From contig OZ253470.1 of the NCBI GenBank assembly GCA_965261735.1, positions 1,984,001-2,048,000 of the forward strand: DNA of 64,000 nucleotides. The letters are read 5' to 3'. The notes below the pieces were generated by a model. It was not told the origin of the DNA. It did no database searches and saw only the letters and a list, made by a program, of their open reading frames with translations. A program made the translations under genes and the position numbers. This DNA is from Alphaproteobacteria bacterium. Its GTDB lineage: Bacteria > Pseudomonadota > Alphaproteobacteria > SHVV01. Shown piece by piece: positions 61,113 to 64,000 of the stretch; within the stretch, counting starts at the first letter, position 1, and the number at the start of each line of letters is the position of its first letter.

Positions 61113-61607
61113 TCATTGGCGCCACGTCTGTTCGGACGTTATCTTCTTGGCTTTGCATAAATTACCAGCCGTTGCACAACCCACCATCTTCGGAAGCCAC
61201 CTATACCATTCTTGGCCCTGGCGTGTCTCTGGCGGGTAGATCCCGAATTTCCCCATCTTGTTGGCAAGTGTTTCTGCCTTCGCACTTGTTTCAGCGGACA
61301 TGTGAAAGTAGCTCACCCTGCCGTCGCTGTAACAATTCTCCTGGTGTGCGCTCACCACCTCCATCATCTCCTCAGCTAGAAGCCTGAATCGGCCTGATTT
61401 TGTGAGCCACTTGTGTAGCGGCCACGCGCAGAGAAATAGCCAAACCCCACTAGCAACCATAAGGCCAAACCATATCCCGGGGGCGATGGCCACGTCCTTC
61501 ACCACCATCACCGCTCCAGTGAAAAAGTTGTAGCCGGACGCGGCCAGAAGAAAAAGTGAGAAGACGCCGCCTCGGCGACCACCTCCGATGTTCTTGATCC
61601 ACCCCAT
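61113..61607 (-). CDS. Passenger hypothetical membrane protein (2 TM plus soluble tail)
   Basis: 164-aa ORF inside the IS ends, convergent with the transposase; two hydrophobic segments; lower GC. Confidence 0.6.
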   Translation of the reverse strand: MGWIKNIGGGRRGGVFSLFLLAASGYNFFTGAVMVVKDVAIAPGIWFGLMVASGVWLFLCAWPLHKWLTKSGRFRLLAEEMMEVVSAHQENCYSDGRVSYFHMSAETSAKAETLANKMGKFGIYPPETRQGQEWYRWLPKMVGCATAGNLCKAKKITSEQTWRQ

Positions 61608-62337
61608 CCGCGCAAGGTAGCGAAAACATCACTTAGGTCAACTTGATAATCGCCAAAAACAATGACTAAAAGGGGTCGGCCTAAGCGGAGCTGCCCCTCG
61701 TTTTTCTAGGGAAGCACCGGGGAAGCAGTCGGAAGGAAATTGCGGCCAGCCCCGGCCACCGCAGCACCAGGGCGAAGAGGGGGATTCCTAGGAACGAAAG
61801 AGCTAAAAGCCCCTCCTCCTGGTCGGAACAAACATGGAGTTAAGGGCGCTCCAAGAGGGGGGAAGGCGGTCCTATACCCCTCCGGCGCACGCGCAACAAC
61901 GCAACACTTCGAGGGTCAGGTCACGCAGGCCGCCTCAACAGCCGCCAGGGCCGTGGTCAGCGGCCGCCCTCGTGCACGTGGTTTCGGCGGTCATCGACGA
62001 CAACCGATGACGCTTAAACATGCAAATAGTTTGAGTACCTTAGTCACCGACCCTCACGGTATGCGCGGGTTCGAGTGGACCGAAAGGAGTAACGTCGCGT
62101 TTCGCTCTCATTCGCCCAACACCCGATGTCGTAGCACCTGAAAGTTGGGCGTTTTGCGCACGCTATGGGCTTTTGCACACGTTATTGCCAACGTTTCTCC
62201 GATGAGTCATGCGTTTGTTGGTAGCGACCGTAAATTTCCCATTTGTAACGACCCAAAATTTCTCACTTTGGGCTTGTCGCTGAAGGCGTCCCGGGCCGCT
62301 CTGTTGGCTTTGCCAACAGAGCGGGATCGGTGCGCGG

Positions 62338-63360
62338 ATGTACAAATGGGAGACCAGGATGTTGTTGAAGCACTATCTGGACCGGGGTGTCTCGAAGGCG
62401 GAGCTGTCGAGGCGGTTCGGGGTGAACCGTCGGACGATCCACAATTGGGTCGATACCGGCCAACTGGACCGGGATCTGGCGGCCGGTGCGCGAGGGTATT
62501 CGCCCCGTCCGCCGGTGGCCCACAAGCTGGACCCCTACAAGGCGATCATCGACGCCCGTCTTGAGGCGTTCCCGAAGCTGTCGGCGAAGCGGCTTTTCGA
62601 TGAGGTCCGCGCTGCGGACTACCCGGGCTGCTACTCTCGCGTGAACGACTACGTGCGGGCGACGCGACCGCGCGAACCGGTTGAATCGCTGGTCCGGTTC
62701 GAGACGCCGGCGGGGCGTCAGGGCCAGGTGGACTTCGGTACGTTCACGCTGCCCTGGGGCCGGCGCCATGCCCTGGTGATCGTCCTCGGCTTCACCCGGC
62801 TGCTGTGGCTGCACTTCTATACTCGGCAGACCATGCCGGTCCTGATGGAAGGTCTGGAGAGCGCCTTCGACCGGTTCGGCGGGGTTCCGGAGGAGCTGCT
62901 GTTCGACCAGATGCGCGCCGTGGTGCTGTCCGACGACCGCGGGGCCGGCGGCGGCCTGGTGCTGAACGAGGAGTTTCTGCGGTTCGCCGCGCACTGGGGG
63001 TTCATGCCGCGCTCGTGCCGACCCTATCGGGCCCAGACCAAGGGCAAAGTGGAGCGCCCGATCCGCTACATCCGCGAGAGCTTCTTCTACGGCCGCTCGT
63101 TTGCGAATGACAACGATCTCAACGAACAGGCCGTGCGCTGGCTGGAGGGCACAGCCAACGTCCGCCGGCATGCCACGACCGGGGAGCGTCCTGTCGACCG
63201 CTTCGAGCGCGACGAGCGAGCGGTGCTTCTCCCCTTGGCGAACCATCCCTATCGACGTCTCGGCGTCCGGCATGCTCCGGAGCCCGCGCCGCGGCGACTG
63301 CCGGCAACCGTGAAGGTCGAGCGGCGACCGCTTAGTGTCTATGCGGAGGCGCTGCAATGA
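62338..63360 (+). CDS. istA: IS21 transposase IstA
   Basis: HTH, KLDPYKAII, RFETPAGRQGQVDFG, LFDQM, RAQTKGKVER. Confidence 0.93.
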   Translation: MYKWETRMLLKHYLDRGVSKAELSRRFGVNRRTIHNWVDTGQLDRDLAAGARGYSPRPPVAHKLDPYKAIIDARLEAFPKLSAKRLFDEVRAADYPGCYSRVNDYVRATRPREPVESLVRFETPAGRQGQVDFGTFTLPWGRRHALVIVLGFTRLLWLHFYTRQTMPVLMEGLESAFDRFGGVPEELLFDQMRAVVLSDDRGAGGGLVLNEEFLRFAAHWGFMPRSCRPYRAQTKGKVERPIRYIRESFFYGRSFANDNDLNEQAVRWLEGTANVRRHATTGERPVDRFERDERAVLLPLANHPYRRLGVRHAPEPAPRRLPATVKVERRPLSVYAEALQ

Positions 63361-63486
63361 ACGCTCCGGCGCCGGCCCGGCGCGACCGGCTGCGGGCAAT
63401 GCTGGCGGACCTCAAGATGCCGGGCGCGCTGGAGGCCGTCGACGGCATCCTCTCGGACGCCGACGGCGGCACGATCTCGGCGGCGC
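63357..63486 (+). pseudogene. istB: istB N-terminal fragment (about 43 codons, no Walker A)
   Basis: MNAPAPARRDRLRAMLADLKMPGALEAVDGILSDADGG; overlaps the istA stop. Confidence 0.8.
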
Positions 63487-63987
63487 ATGGACGGCGTCGT
63501 CTGCATCCGGGCGCAGGGGCGCGCATCCGCCTCGGGCCTGTATCGCGCCGTCAACTACCGCGTGGCCGTGCATCCCTGGCTCGAATGGCGCTGGCGCGTC
63601 GATGCGCTGCAGGGCGCGGCGGACATACGCGTGAAGGAGCGCGAGGACTTCGCGGCCGCTATCTTCCTCATCTTTGGGCGTCCCGGGCTGCTCAGCCGGG
63701 ATGCGCCGACGCTCGCCTATGTCTGGACCAACGAGCGCGTCGCCCGCGACAGCATCGTCGTAAGCCCGCGCTTTCCCGCGCAGATGCGGAGCGTGGTGGT
63801 TGAGAACGGCAGCGGCCGGCTCGGCTCGTGGCGCACCGAACGCCGCAACGTGGTCGCCGATTTTAAGCGCGCTTTCGGCCGCGACCCGCCCGAGGTCGTC
63901 GAATTGATCGCGATCTTCACCGACAACGACAACACCGGCGAGCCGGTGGAGGCGTACTATGGCGCCATCGCCGCCCGGGCCCAATAG
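63487..63987 (+). pseudogene. DUF3047-family protein, 5'-truncated
   Basis: ASASGL, PWLEWRWRV, EDFAA, LAYVW, W.TERRNVVADF, IFTDNDNTG; no signal peptide or N-terminus. Confidence 0.75.
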
Positions 63988-64000
63988 GAAAAACGGATCG

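Larger units (their letters stand above)
60128..61654 (+). mobile_element. IS1595-family transporter IS (tIS) with passenger gene and 8-bp target duplication
   Basis: IRs GGCGATTATTAACTTGACATAAG / CTTAGGTCAACTTGATAATCGCC; AAAAACAA at 60120-60127 and 61655-61662. Confidence 0.95.
62216..63486 (+). mobile_element. IS21-family element, right end missing
   Basis: TGTTGGTAGCGACC left end with a repeated GTA(G/A)CGACC..AAATTTC motif; istA plus the start of istB. Confidence 0.88.

Noticed and set aside
62128-62165. Possible additional IS21-like terminus TGTCGTAGCACCTGAAAGTT
   Set aside because: No partner end or transposase; too short to support

Overview
High-GC alphaproteobacterial chromosome segment, most similar to Rhodospirillales judging by gene content and order. 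All calls come from reading motifs by eye; no database searches were run. A core block from about 7.6 to 43.7 kb carries the TIGR04282/04283 glycosyltransferase pair, a PA0069-type radical SAM gene, two EamA transporters, a CPA2 antiporter, rnhB, ccrM, mutY, DUF721, DsbA, smc, the F0 ATP synthase operon, gcvTHP with a tandem glycine riboswitch, a cyclase/pseudokinase pair, rpoH, rluD, ltaE, a P450 and a PlsB-like acyltransferase. A second core block from about 53.3 to 60.1 kb carries DUF971, Trm112, LON-N, CnoX, an SGAT-like aminotransferase, an FAD/Fe-S oxidase and tRNA-Gly. IS-rich, decaying accessory DNA lies at 1-7.6 kb, 43.8-53.3 kb (around tRNA-Glu) and 60.1-64 kb, with eight IS families represented (IS110/IS1111, IS1595, IS5, IS256, IS21, plus IS3, IS6 and IS481 fragments). 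Highlights: (i) ccrM has two independent lesions, an amber codon and a SAM-motif Gly to Cys change; (ii) an unannotated ~185-nt RNA with a sigma54 promoter, IHF-like and enhancer-like sites, C-rich hairpin loops and a terminator lies between gcvPB and a VOC gene; (iii) a membrane cyclase and a pseudokinase are divergently transcribed around a CtrA-like box; (iv) an ORF missing from the track encodes two tandem repeats, each ending in an AT-hook; (v) an intact IS1111-type element has a candidate bridge/seekRNA region; (vi) an IS1595 carries a passenger gene; (vii) a low-GC insert is flanked by a duplication of the plsB 5' end. Overall the window looks like early, IS-driven genome decay.
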